Source: Coleofasciculus sp. B1-GNL1-01
GTDB taxonomy: Bacteria > Cyanobacteriota > Cyanobacteriia > Cyanobacteriales > Coleofasciculaceae
Assembly (NCBI GenBank): GCA_040220235.1
Contig: JAVJTO010000134.1
Strand: one strand, 5' to 3'
DNA: 54,392 bases
In this document: positions 8,710 to 18,446 of the stretch, piece by piece
Layout of the letters: each line of letters begins with the position of its first letter
Position numbering within the stretch: the stretch's first letter is position 1
Translations under genes and position numbers: made by a program
Notes under the pieces: model-generated
Told to the model about the DNA's origin: nothing
What the model saw: the letters and a program-made list of their open reading frames with translations, nothing else
The model's database searches: none

Positions 8710-10626
8710 ATGATTATGTCAACTCTATTCTGGAAAACGGTAAAGGCAAGTCCCGTCCTGTTGGTTGCCTCTTTATTCGTCGCTAGTGGTGCATCGGCGG
8801 CTGAGTCAAATTCCCATCAGACGGCTGCTGATCTGTCTACAGCCGCGATAAATTTGGACGCTGAACCGACAGCCTCAATCAGTCCCACGTTGGATGATGC
8901 AGCACTGACTGAAGCCATCCCAGCAACGGATACGCCCAAACCCACCGTAACCGTTAGTCCCACGTTCCAACTGGCAGATAGTACCTTCCCTGAACCTGTT
9001 CCGGCGGCTGGAGATAGCTCGGTTAACTCTAATCAGGAAATTTTGCAGCAAATCCAGCGCTATGGCAACGAAGGATCTGCCTCTCTTGACCAAGTAACCA
9101 GCGTGGGTCAGTTGCGAGACGTTTCTCCGGGTGACTGGGCGTATGAAGCGCTGCGTAGTTTAGTTGAGCGCTACGGTTGTATTGCCGGGTATCCAGATGG
9201 TACCTATCGGGGCAATCGCGCCTTGACCCGTTACGAATTTGCGGCTGGTTTGAATGCCTGTTTACAGCAAATTGAACGTTTAATTGGGGATGGCGGAGAA
9301 ATTCCTGATTTAGAAACCCTGCGCCGATTAATTCAGGAGTTTGAAGCAGAATTGGCAACCCTGGGTGCGCGGGTGGATAACCTGGAAGGGCGCGTAGCGT
9401 TCTTGGAAGACAATCAGTTCTCAACAACGACTAAGTTGAGAGGGGAAGTCATCTTTGGTCTGGCTGATACTTTCGGCGATACGATTGCTACTGGGGATGA
9501 TGACACGAATACAGTCTTGGGTGATCGGGTACGTCTGAACTTTGAAACCAGCTTTACGGGACGCGATCGCTTGCGTACTCGTTTGGAAGCCATAAACATG
9601 GCTGAATTTGATAGTGGTGTTACTGGCACTAACATGACCCGCTTGGGGTTTGATGGAGCCGACGGTAACGACGTTGCCGTTGATGAACTTTGGTATCGCT
9701 TCCCCTTCGGTGACAACCTCCTTGTCCAAATTGATGCGGCTAACGGTGAGTTTCAGGACACCATTATCGATGTAGTTAACCCTTTCTTTGACAGTAGTGG
9801 TAGTGGTTCTATTTCCCGCTTTGGTCGCTTCAATCCGATTTATCGGACAGGAGGCGGTGCTGGTGGAACCTTAACTTATAGCTTGGGAGATGCCTTAGAG
9901 TTGTCAGCGAGTTACTTTGCTGACGAAGGATCAGATCCAGGTGAGGACAGGGGACTCTTTAACGGCAATTTCGCTGCCTTGGGTCAGATAACGTTCAAGC
10001 CGACTGAAAATATTAGCATAGCTGGAACTTATGTGCGTTCCTACTACCGGGGAGAAGACTTAAACGATGCAGACGGGAATGTGAATGTTACTGGGTCTAC
10101 AGGTAGCCTTTTAGCACGCCGACCTTTTACCAATAATGTAGCAACTTCAGCCGATTCTTTCGGGTTGCAAGCGAATGCAACATTTGGTAAGTTTTCTGTT
10201 GGCGGTTGGGTCGGTTATCAAGATGTTCAAGCTGAAGATGATTTCGGCTTCAATCCATTGTTCCCAATGTTGGGTTCCGAATCCCTTGTGAAAGAAGGTG
10301 ATGATGCTGAAATCTGGAATTGGGCGGTTAACTTAGCATTGCTCGATTTGGGTGGTGAAGGCAATAAGCTAGGTGTCGTGTTCGGTCAGCCACCTAAAGT
10401 TACCGATAATGATGCAGAGAATTTGGTTGTCGATGCTGATGGTAACCAAATCTTATCTGGGCGCGACGATGATGATACCTCCTACCATTTAGAGGTGTTC
10501 TACCGCTATCAACTGACCGACAATATCGCGATTACTCCTGGCGCTTTTGTCATCTTTAACCCAGAACACGAGGATGACAATGATGACATCTGGGTAGGAA
10601 CTATCCGCACTGTCTTCAGTTTCTAA
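8710..10626 (+). CDS. SLH-domain OprB/SomA-type outer-membrane porin (paralog 1)
   Basis: Signal peptide, DVSPGDWAYEALRSLVERYGCIAGYPDG SLH motif, FSTTTKL and C-terminal RTVFSF. Start is 8710 or 8716. Confidence 0.92.
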   Translation: MIMSTLFWKTVKASPVLLVASLFVASGASAAESNSHQTAADLSTAAINLDAEPTASISPTLDDAALTEAIPATDTPKPTVTVSPTFQLADSTFPEPVPAAGDSSVNSNQEILQQIQRYGNEGSASLDQVTSVGQLRDVSPGDWAYEALRSLVERYGCIAGYPDGTYRGNRALTRYEFAAGLNACLQQIERLIGDGGEIPDLETLRRLIQEFEAELATLGARVDNLEGRVAFLEDNQFSTTTKLRGEVIFGLADTFGDTIATGDDDTNTVLGDRVRLNFETSFTGRDRLRTRLEAINMAEFDSGVTGTNMTRLGFDGADGNDVAVDELWYRFPFGDNLLVQIDAANGEFQDTIIDVVNPFFDSSGSGSISRFGRFNPIYRTGGGAGGTLTYSLGDALELSASYFADEGSDPGEDRGLFNGNFAALGQITFKPTENISIAGTYVRSYYRGEDLNDADGNVNVTGSTGSLLARRPFTNNVATSADSFGLQANATFGKFSVGGWVGYQDVQAEDDFGFNPLFPMLGSESLVKEGDDAEIWNWAVNLALLDLGGEGNKLGVVFGQPPKVTDNDAENLVVDADGNQILSGRDDDDTSYHLEVFYRYQLTDNIAITPGAFVIFNPEHEDDNDDIWVGTIRTVFSF

Positions 10627-10665
10627 GCCTGTCTCGGCTATCGTTGACAATTGAATCATTTGGTG

Positions 10666-10692
10666 TAGGGGTACAGCATTGCTGTACCCCTA
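10666..10692. terminator. Hairpin after porin 1 (terminator or REP-like)
   Basis: TAGGGGTACAGCA-T-TGCTGTACCCCTA perfect inverted repeat. Confidence 0.6.
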
Positions 10693-10775
10693 TTAATCCT
10701 AACCTTATATTAATAAGCGCGATCGCTTGCGTAATTGCCTATGCTAAGGTCTAAATATATGCTGGATTAAAGCTC

Positions 10776-10967
10776 ATGACTGCATCAACTCAAAAGATTC
10801 TTCAGACCTTTGATCAGTTGCCTGATTCAGAGCAACTTGAGATTTCCGTAGAAATCTTGAAGCGGCTCATCCATTTTGACTTTCCACCATTGGCAGATGA
10901 AGATTTTGTCTTCAATGCTGAAGAGTTATTCTTGACACTAGACCAACAAGAAGCGGATTATGAGTAG
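10776..10967 (+). CDS. Small acidic protein, probable antitoxin of a PemK/MazF pair
   Basis: 63 aa, acidic; its stop overlaps the start of the toxin-like ORF. Confidence 0.6.
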   Translation: MTASTQKILQTFDQLPDSEQLEISVEILKRLIHFDFPPLADEDFVFNAEELFLTLDQQEADYE

Positions 10968-11080
10968 TCCTGATCGTGGTGAAGTCTGGCTTGTCGATCT
11001 GGGCTATGCGGCAAAAGTTAGACCATGCTTAGTAGTCAGTATTCCTACTCTCAACCAAGATCGTGCGCTAGTTACTCTAG
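10960..11080 (+). pseudogene. PemK/MazF-family toxin, truncated by a MITE
   Basis: RGEVWLVDL..AKVRPCLVVS N-terminal MazF motif. Homology stops after ~40 codons, where the MITE terminal repeat begins. Confidence 0.75.
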
Positions 11081-11197
11081 TGGCGTGGCACAGCTTATTT
11101 AATGAATTAACCATTAGCCGCGAAACCGTAGGGGCGCAAAGACTTGCGCCCGATTCAATGGTAAAATCTCTTCCACAATTTTAGCTGTGCCGAGCCA
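11081..11197. mobile_element. MITE (~117 bp) with 15-bp terminal inverted repeats
   Basis: TGGCGTGGCACAGCT ... AGCTGTGCCGAGCCA (13/15 match), with an internal GGGCGCAA..TTGCGCCC hairpin. A related end TGACGTGGCACACCT lies at ~49172. Confidence 0.75.
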
Positions 11198-11278
11198 ATA
11201 GTTAGCGTTAACGCCCGTTTTGGATAAGAATGAGCCAATAAGCATTTTAAGTTTATTCGGTGTGAGGAAAGTGAATCG

Positions 11279-13039
11279 ATGAAATCAACCCTAGTCTGGA
11301 AGACGCTGAAACTCAGTCCAGCCCTACTTGGACTGTCTCTATTCGCCGTCAGCCACGCTGATGCGGCGATTCCTGACCAAACAGCAAATACCAGCAAATC
11401 TACAGTAGAACTCAATCGCCAGTTATCGGAAACTTCAATAGAAATTGATCCTCTACAAATCGCTTCCGATGTCCCCCCAAGCTTGAATCCCACCAACATG
11501 ACGGCTGATTCTAATCGGGAACTATTAGAACAAATCCAACGCTACAGTGGTGAAAATGATGCCGAATCCCTCAACCAAGTAACCAGCGTGGGTCAACTGC
11601 GAGATGTTTCTCCGGGAGATTGGGCGTATGAAGCGCTGCGAAGCTTAGTAGAACGCTATGGCTGTATTGCAGGGTATCCGGATGGCACCTATCGCGGTAA
11701 TCGCGCCCTGACTCGTTACGAATTTGCCGCAGGTTTAAATGCCTGTTTAAACCAAATTGAACGTTTGATTGGTACGGGTGGTTTTGACGAGACTGAGTTA
11801 GAAACTCTGCGGCGGTTAATTCAGGAATTTGAAGCGGAATTGGCAACTTTAGGCGCACGAGTCGATAACCTAGAAAGGCGTGTGGCATTCTTAGAAGACA
11901 ACCAGTTCTCTACCACCACCAAACTGAAAGGGGAAGTTATTTTTAACCTAGGTGGTGCATTTAGTGATGAAGACTTAAGGATTGATGGTGAAGACGACGA
12001 TGACGATGGTGACGTTGATGCGTTTGGTGATAACCTCACCTTTAGTCACCGGACTCGTTTAAACTTTGACACCAGTTTCATGGGAGAAGACCGCCTGAGA
12101 GTTCGCTTACAAGCGGGAAATATTCCCGAATTCGATGAGGCGACAGGTACAGAAATGGCTCGCTTAGGGTATGAAGCAGCAACAGATAACGATATCGTGA
12201 TTGATGACTTGATCTATGAATTTCCCTTGGGCGATAAAATCATGATTGCCATTGGTGCTAATGACTTTGATTTTAATGAAATAGCTAACCTACACAATCC
12301 CTATCTAGAAAGTAGCGGTACGGGAGCCTTAAATCGCTTTTATCGCCGCAATCCTTTTGTCTTCCGAAATAATGCTGAACAAGGCGTAGGCGCTAATATT
12401 ATGTTCAGTGATTCCCTGAGTTTAGATGTGGCGTATGTGACGGGTGAAAGTGAAAGTCCAGCCGATAAGGATGGAGTATTCAATGGTGATTTTACTGCCA
12501 TTTCTCAGTTAAATCTAGCCTTAGCAGACACCTTAGATTTAGGCTTTGCGTTTGGTTATTCTTACTATCCCGGTGAAGATGTCAACCTTTCTGGTAGTAC
12601 AGGGAGTCCACGGGCAAAAGAACCCTTTGGCGAAATTGCGACTTCCGCCTTGCGCTTTGGCATCCAAGGAAACTGGCGAGTTACGCCGACAATAAACCTA
12701 GCGGGTTGGGGGGGTTACATTGATGCAGAAGCTGAAGCGGGTGACCGAGAAGGAGATGATGCTGACCTATGGACGTGGATGGCAAGTGTATCTTTCCTGG
12801 ACTTAGGGAAAGAGGGGGCTATTTTTTCAGTGGCTGGAGGAATGCCACCCAAGTTAACGGATGTTGATGGCGGTGATGAGGATGATGATACTTCTTTCTT
12901 AATCGAGGCGCAGTACAAATATCCAATTACCGATAATATCCTGATTACACCGGGAGCTTATGTCATTTTAAATCCCAATCATGATGATGGGAATGATGAT
13001 ATTTGGGTCGGCACAATTCGCACAACCTTTAGCTTCTAA
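11279..13039 (+). CDS. SLH-domain OprB/SomA-type porin (paralog 2)
   Basis: Same SLH motif, FSTTTKL and C-terminal RTTFSF. Confidence 0.92.
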   Translation: MKSTLVWKTLKLSPALLGLSLFAVSHADAAIPDQTANTSKSTVELNRQLSETSIEIDPLQIASDVPPSLNPTNMTADSNRELLEQIQRYSGENDAESLNQVTSVGQLRDVSPGDWAYEALRSLVERYGCIAGYPDGTYRGNRALTRYEFAAGLNACLNQIERLIGTGGFDETELETLRRLIQEFEAELATLGARVDNLERRVAFLEDNQFSTTTKLKGEVIFNLGGAFSDEDLRIDGEDDDDDGDVDAFGDNLTFSHRTRLNFDTSFMGEDRLRVRLQAGNIPEFDEATGTEMARLGYEAATDNDIVIDDLIYEFPLGDKIMIAIGANDFDFNEIANLHNPYLESSGTGALNRFYRRNPFVFRNNAEQGVGANIMFSDSLSLDVAYVTGESESPADKDGVFNGDFTAISQLNLALADTLDLGFAFGYSYYPGEDVNLSGSTGSPRAKEPFGEIATSALRFGIQGNWRVTPTINLAGWGGYIDAEAEAGDREGDDADLWTWMASVSFLDLGKEGAIFSVAGGMPPKLTDVDGGDEDDDTSFLIEAQYKYPITDNILITPGAYVILNPNHDDGNDDIWVGTIRTTFSF

Positions 13040-13051
13040 TCACCTTTAATG

Positions 13052-13084
13052 AGATCCCCGACTTCTTCAAGAAGTCGGGGATCT
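13052..13084. terminator. Bidirectional hairpin between convergent porin 2 and ftn2
   Basis: AGATCCCCGACTTCTT-C-AAGAAGTCGGGGATCT. Confidence 0.65.
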
Positions 13085-13099
13085 GGTAGACTTTCCTTA

Positions 13100-13148
13100 A
13101 CAAATGACCAATGACGAATGACAAATGACCAATGACAAATGACGAATA
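13100..13148 (+). repeat. Heptamer tandem repeat ACNAATG x7 (STRR)
   Basis: acaaatg accaatg acgaatg acaaatg accaatg acaaatg acgaata. Confidence 0.85.
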
Positions 13149-13150
13149 GC

Positions 13151-15490
13151 CTACCTTACCGCCATATCCTTAATAAACCATTGACCCTCCTGACGCACCA
13201 ACTCATACTGAACCCGCAAGTTCTCATCGTATGAAAGTGCCTGATTAATTTCACCATTTTGATAGAAACGGGCTTGTTCTTTAACCGCCGCGTCCACCTT
13301 CGCTTGGTCAGAATTAGCCGGATTCGTTTGCACAGATGTTACTTTAACCTGGTGATCATACTGGGCATAAATATTCCGTTGCTGATTCGCTTGCGCCCGC
13401 CGCTGCCAAACTGACAAAACTGGATCAACTAGAATTTGATCCAATCGATCAATTTGATAATCGGGTCCGAACACTTGCGATTTCGTCGAAAGCCAGGTTT
13501 GAATCACTTGCTGGGCGGTATCTTGGGTCAGCGGACCTCCGGGTGCGATTAACTGACTATCGGCTTCAGGAATCGGAATCGGAGGCTGAGCCAGTTCCAC
13601 CATGGGTTGTTCACCTTCTAAGGCTGGCGCAGAGGAACCTTGGCGGAGGTTTTGTATCCAAGCGATTAACAACCACCCGATTAATCCGATACCCACGACT
13701 CCAGCAATAACCAGCAAGATAGAGCGTCGGTTTTTAGCTGCCTTGCGGCGTTCCGGTAGTCGTTGCAGACGTCCTGGAGCTGACTGATCTAGATGTCCGG
13801 GTTCAGAGGAGCCAGTAGCCGATGTCGGTGTAGTCCGAACTCGACCAGCCGCTTCTGCTTGTGATCGGGTTTTTGGTTGACGCCCTGAGTCTGGTGATTT
13901 GACAGCCGTGTTTGTTGGCGAATCCCCAGAAGAATTAATGGCTTGAGTTGTGGGTTCTGCCACCCGACTCGTTGCTGAAGCAACCCGTTGGCTGGCGGGT
14001 AACGTCGAGACACCGGATACCGAGGCGCGATCGCTCCCCCCTGCAAAACTTGCTGTCTGAGCTGCCCGATCGCGCTCTCTGCTGCTATATGAACCCACAA
14101 CGGCTGGTTCGCGATCGCGGGAATGACCATTACTCCGACCTGCGGATGCGCCTGTTGTCGTGTAGGCTTTTTTCTGAGCCGTCACTGACCATTCATTATT
14201 AGCCGTTGGCGTCGATTCCGGAAGCTGTTCTAAATAGGCTTGTACCTGCTCATCGGCAAAATAGTCTTTCAGCGAGGCGGTTTGTTCTGCCAAGTCGCGG
14301 AAATGGGGAAAGACGGAATTTTGCAGCCAGCGTTCTCCATACAGACATAATCCCGGTAACAAATCTGGAGCGCCTTGAGACTGTTCCCGAATAAAGGCTA
14401 ACGGTTCGTATTCATGACTCAGTTCTAAAGCGTGGCTGGCTTCTTCCGTTTGACCCAACAGCAGCGCACAGACGGCTTGTTCTAAATGCACATCCTGACG
14501 CCGCCCCAACCGCATTAGCATTTGTTTCGCCCGGGCAATTAAAGCGGGTTGGCGCTGGGCAAATCCTCTAGCAATCAAGGCATAAACCGCCAGATAGGTG
14601 GCGACGGCGGAAGGGCGACGGGCTTCTGCCTCAAATAGGGTTTGTTGTTGCGCCGCTGTTAAGTAACCCCGTAACTGCTGGATAAACCGCAAAAAATCAT
14701 CAATACTCAGCCCCGACTGGTCATCCCCGTTGCCATCAATTCCTTGGCGCTCCTGTAGCATATCTTGCAACAGTTGTAAACCCTTACGCCGTTCAGCAAT
14801 CTGTTCATCGGGTAATGCCAGCAATTCCAGAATCCGGTAGGGACGCAGCTTATAGAGATCCGCTTGAATTTCGCCCCGCACCGTAGGAAATAAACCCTCA
14901 CTCAGCAGTAATTCTTGACCCGTTTCCAGGGACAAGGCGGCATTTTCGTACCGACCTTGCTGCCATTGTTCCCGCCCCAGTTCCAAACACGCCAGCGCCA
15001 GGGTCAGGAAAATATCGGGTCGCACCAGTTGCGGGTCACCTAAGTGACCTTTATCCAAACTGATGCTGTCACGACTGTGTAAGTAAGGTCGTCCTAAGTC
15101 CAAGACGAGTTCATATTCCCCAAGTTCTTGCAGAATCAGCAAAGCGCCAACAAATTGTTCCTTGCTGATGTCTAAGCTGGGACTACTTGGATCAATCGCC
15201 TCCGTAGCTGTGGTTTCAGCCGTCGCCGTTGATTCCAACGGTAAAGAAGGGCTAGACTCTGGGTCGTAGGTTTTCTCCAGAAAACTAGCATCATAACTTG
15301 AGCGCTGTTCCGGGTCAGAGAGAACCGCATACGCCTCATCCAGCAACTCCTTGCGAGATGCGATCGCCACTTCCGAATATTCCCGACGTGGAAGTTGGAG
15401 AGTGCGATCGCGATAGGCGACTTGAAGCTGTTCTGGTGTTGCCTGGATCGGCAATCCTAATATTCGGTAGTAATCGAGCGGAATTCGCAC
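13151..15490 (-). CDS. ftn2: Cell-division protein Ftn2/ZipN (ARC6 homolog: J-like domain, TM helix, IMS domain)
   Basis: MRIPLDYYRILGLP..., DLLPGLCLYGERWL, a TM helix and a C-terminal IMS-like domain. Divergent from pdhA. Confidence 0.92.
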   Translation of the reverse strand: MRIPLDYYRILGLPIQATPEQLQVAYRDRTLQLPRREYSEVAIASRKELLDEAYAVLSDPEQRSSYDASFLEKTYDPESSPSLPLESTATAETTATEAIDPSSPSLDISKEQFVGALLILQELGEYELVLDLGRPYLHSRDSISLDKGHLGDPQLVRPDIFLTLALACLELGREQWQQGRYENAALSLETGQELLLSEGLFPTVRGEIQADLYKLRPYRILELLALPDEQIAERRKGLQLLQDMLQERQGIDGNGDDQSGLSIDDFLRFIQQLRGYLTAAQQQTLFEAEARRPSAVATYLAVYALIARGFAQRQPALIARAKQMLMRLGRRQDVHLEQAVCALLLGQTEEASHALELSHEYEPLAFIREQSQGAPDLLPGLCLYGERWLQNSVFPHFRDLAEQTASLKDYFADEQVQAYLEQLPESTPTANNEWSVTAQKKAYTTTGASAGRSNGHSRDREPAVVGSYSSRERDRAAQTASFAGGSDRASVSGVSTLPASQRVASATSRVAEPTTQAINSSGDSPTNTAVKSPDSGRQPKTRSQAEAAGRVRTTPTSATGSSEPGHLDQSAPGRLQRLPERRKAAKNRRSILLVIAGVVGIGLIGWLLIAWIQNLRQGSSAPALEGEQPMVELAQPPIPIPEADSQLIAPGGPLTQDTAQQVIQTWLSTKSQVFGPDYQIDRLDQILVDPVLSVWQRRAQANQQRNIYAQYDHQVKVTSVQTNPANSDQAKVDAAVKEQARFYQNGEINQALSYDENLRVQYELVRQEGQWFIKDMAVR

Positions 15491-15657
15491 GGTTCACTTC
15501 CCCAGCGCTGCAACAACTGAATTCATGTATGTTAACTCATAGAATCCCCAATGTAGTAGTCATTCTACCAAGACTCACCTATCCTAGCTGAAAAATAGGT
15601 TTGAGTTTTGAGAACAAAATACCAGTATAGTATTGCTGCAAGGATACTCGATTCGCC

Positions 15658-16689
15658 ATGGTTCAGGAACGGACGTTACCCAAGTTTCAAGTTGAAGACG
15701 GTCAAATTAGTAGAGACGAAGGATTGCTGCTCTACGAAGATATGGTTTTAGGGCGCTTGTTTGAGGACAAGTGTGCTGAGATGTATTACCGGGGCAAAAT
15801 GTTTGGCTTTGTTCACCTCTACAACGGTCAAGAAGCCGTGTCCACGGGGGTGATTCGGGCAATGCGCCGGGATTATGATTATGTATGCAGCACCTATCGC
15901 GATCATGTCCATGCTTTGAGCGCAGGTGTTCCCCCACGGGAGGTGATGGCGGAGTTATTTGGCAAAGCCACTGGATGCTCTAAAGGACGCGGGGGTTCGA
16001 TGCATATATTTTCAGAACCCCATCATCTTTTGGGGGGGTTTGCCTTTGTCGCGGAGGGGATTCCCGTTGCTACAGGCGCGGCATTTACGTCAAAATATCA
16101 CCGTGACGCTTTGGGTGATCCGAATGCTGATCAGGTGACAGCCTGCTTTTTTGGCGATGGTGCCTGCAATAACGGTCAGTTTTTTGAATGCTTAAACATG
16201 GCAGCCTTATGGAAATTGCCGATTATTTATGTTGTGGAAAATAACAAATGGGCAATTGGCATGGCGCACGAACGAGCAACCTCCCAGCCAGAAATTTACA
16301 AAAAAGCCAGTGTTTTTGGCATGCCGGGAATCGAAGTCGATGGCATGGATGTTCTGGCAGTACACTCCGTCGCCCAAGAAGCCGTTGCCCGGGCGCGGGC
16401 GGGTGAAGGTCCCACCTTAATTGAAGCCCTTACCTACCGCTTCCGAGGTCACTCCCTTGCTGATCCTGATGAACTTCGTACCTCCGAAGAGAAGGATTTT
16501 TGGATGACTCGCGATCCGATTAAAAGGCTAGCCGCCTACCTAAGTGAGCAAAATCTTGCTGACGAGGAAGAACTCAAGGCGATCGACAAACGCATTCAAG
16601 AGGTTCTCAATGACGCGGTACAGTTTGCTCAAACCAGTCCAGAACCTGACAAGAGTGAATTACATCGTTACATTTTTGCCGAAGATTGA
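15658..16689 (+). CDS. pdhA: Pyruvate dehydrogenase E1 alpha subunit
   Basis: [19 protein letters not shown] motif and [11 protein letters not shown]. Confidence 0.97.
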   Translation: MVQERTLPKFQVEDGQISRDEGLLLYEDMVLGRLFEDKCAEMYYRGKMFGFVHLYNGQEAVSTGVIRAMRRDYDYVCSTYRDHVHALSAGVPPREVMAELFGKATGCSKGRGGSMHIFSEPHHLLGGFAFVAEGIPVATGAAFTSKYHRDALGDPNADQVTACFFGDGACNNGQFFECLNMAALWKLPIIYVVENNKWAIGMAHERATSQPEIYKKASVFGMPGIEVDGMDVLAVHSVAQEAVARARAGEGPTLIEALTYRFRGHSLADPDELRTSEEKDFWMTRDPIKRLAAYLSEQNLADEEELKAIDKRIQEVLNDAVQFAQTSPEPDKSELHRYIFAED

Positions 16690-16831
16690 GGTATAGTATT
16701 TCAACTTGGCATCGGTAAACGCCAGAGGCAAGAGGGCTTAATTTTCACCATCTCATTGAACCTCTCGCCTCGCGTTACCTGAAGTCTTGCCTTAAGACAA
16801 GGAAACGGTGATGTTCCAAACACTCTGACTT

Positions 16832-17215
16832 TTAACCAATCACTTCAATCGATTCGCGCTCAGAGTGAATTGGCGATCGCGCTGGAGTGTAACGAACCTC
16901 AGCAGACGGTTGAATTTGGTATTTGACCAGATCCGCTAAGTCCTGAAGTTGGCTAATCGCTTCAGCGCCTTCGAGCTTCATCAGTTCGCGATCATCGCGC
17001 ATTTCCGTCCAAGTGATCCCGTAATCGGAGACCAAAAAACGAATCAGGTGACTATCGCCCAGACTAACCATGAATGAGGCACTATTCATTTGATTGCCGC
17101 AGGTATAGCATGATGCCAAATAGCCTCGGTTTTCTAGCACGATCGCCAAAGCCTGAAGATTCATGACTAAATCTCGTACAAATTGACGATGTTGCTCTGC
17201 AAGTCTTATGAACAC
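16832..17215 (-). CDS. Conserved cyanobacterial protein (DUF1815-like)
   Basis: MFIRLAEQHRQFVRDLVMNLQALAIVLE..ASCYTCG recognised as this family. Confidence 0.8.
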   Translation of the reverse strand: MFIRLAEQHRQFVRDLVMNLQALAIVLENRGYLASCYTCGNQMNSASFMVSLGDSHLIRFLVSDYGITWTEMRDDRELMKLEGAEAISQLQDLADLVKYQIQPSAEVRYTPARSPIHSERESIEVIG

Positions 17216-17553
17216 GTTAATCCTCCAAACACCTTTCCTACGAATATTAGATTTTATACTTTCTTAAGGATTTAAGACTCTATTGTGGGAGGGGTCAGTG
17301 CAAAACATGAAAAAGCCTTGTCTTCGGCTGATTCCTCAAATTGACTAACAGAGTTAGGGATTTGAGCAATTCCAGCTTGATGATTTGGCTCCACGATTCT
17401 AGCCCACTTCAGACGAGTTGCTCTTTAGGTAGCTCAAGTCATTGGGGCAATCCTCAAGTTATCCGATACAAATTCCTAATGAGTTGTATCAGCCGTCACA
17501 ATGGCGATACTCAATCTGATACCATTGCCGCCTAGTCCATCGGTGGGAATTGG

Positions 17554-17766
17554 CTAATTGATTTGCCACCAACCGAATGTTGGTCCAATAAAGCGCACGG
17601 TTAGCCACCAGACTACGAGGAAGCCGATGCCAATCCAAGCGCCCTTAGTCGTTAGTTTGACGAACTGCTCACCCTGACTTTTACTAATTGGGAGCCAGGG
17701 GAAGAGTCGCGCCTCTTGACCGTACTTGTCTCCAAGTGCAGTTTTACGACGTTTTGCTTCACCCAT
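17554..17766 (-). CDS. Conserved small membrane protein (DUF2839-like)
   Basis: MGEAKRRK...GAWIGIG...VRFIGP.FGWW. Start set at the second Met. Confidence 0.85.
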   Translation of the reverse strand: MGEAKRRKTALGDKYGQEARLFPWLPISKSQGEQFVKLTTKGAWIGIGFLVVWWLTVRFIGPTFGWWQIN

Positions 17767-17967
17767 TCCTTGCATTCCTCAACTAAATGAATTCGATCTT
17801 AGCGTTATTCCTGAGATTTGGTTGGCATAAGTTTACGAAATGACAAGTAATTCTGACAATTTCTCCGGGATCGGGGATCGTTAGATTAGAAATCCTGAGC
17901 CAATTGGCAACTCAACCCTACTTAAGTTAATAATTATTTTTCATCGATAGTCTATCGGGAAACCGCC

Positions 17968-18009
17968 GAGAAACCCCGTACTTCAAGGCGAGAAGGGACA
18001 GGAGTGTCA
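17968..18009 (+). mobile_element. Degraded IS605/tnpB-type right-end remnant
   Basis: GAGAAACCCCGTACTTCAAG...GGAGTGTCA resembles IS605 right ends, but the hairpin is broken. Confidence 0.4.
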
Positions 18010-18446
18010 GTCGAGGATACTTGGGTTGGATGCTTTCAGGTTAAGAAGGGGTTAAGAAAATTCTGGACTCTCTGTCTTTGTATAGATATTTGACGACTCC
18101 TCAGCTTACAGCGCTTTTGGTAGTAAGTGAGGTACACAGACAGATCTTACCCTGACAGATAGTCCTGTTCCTCTAGGAAGACTCTCGCCAGTCAAGCTAT
18201 CGGACATCGAAGGAAGGCGATCGGTAAAACCCGCCCTTAATGACCTGAACATAAATTTTGTTAACTAGGTTAAGAATTGTCAACGTCCTCAATTCCTTGT
18301 TCCTGTTTCCTGTTTCCCGTTCCCTTTTCTTTTTCTCCAAAAGGAAACTTACCTTTGATTAAGGAATAAAAAACTAATTGACAGTTGCCTCTTCTTTCTA
18401 GCTACAATCGAGGGCGAGTGTGGTTTTTGTGAGGAGTTATAAAACC

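Noticed and set aside
18378..18408. TTGACA...TACAAT promoter for porin 3
   Set aside because: Spacing is 19 bp, longer than optimal. Plausible but not reported as a feature.
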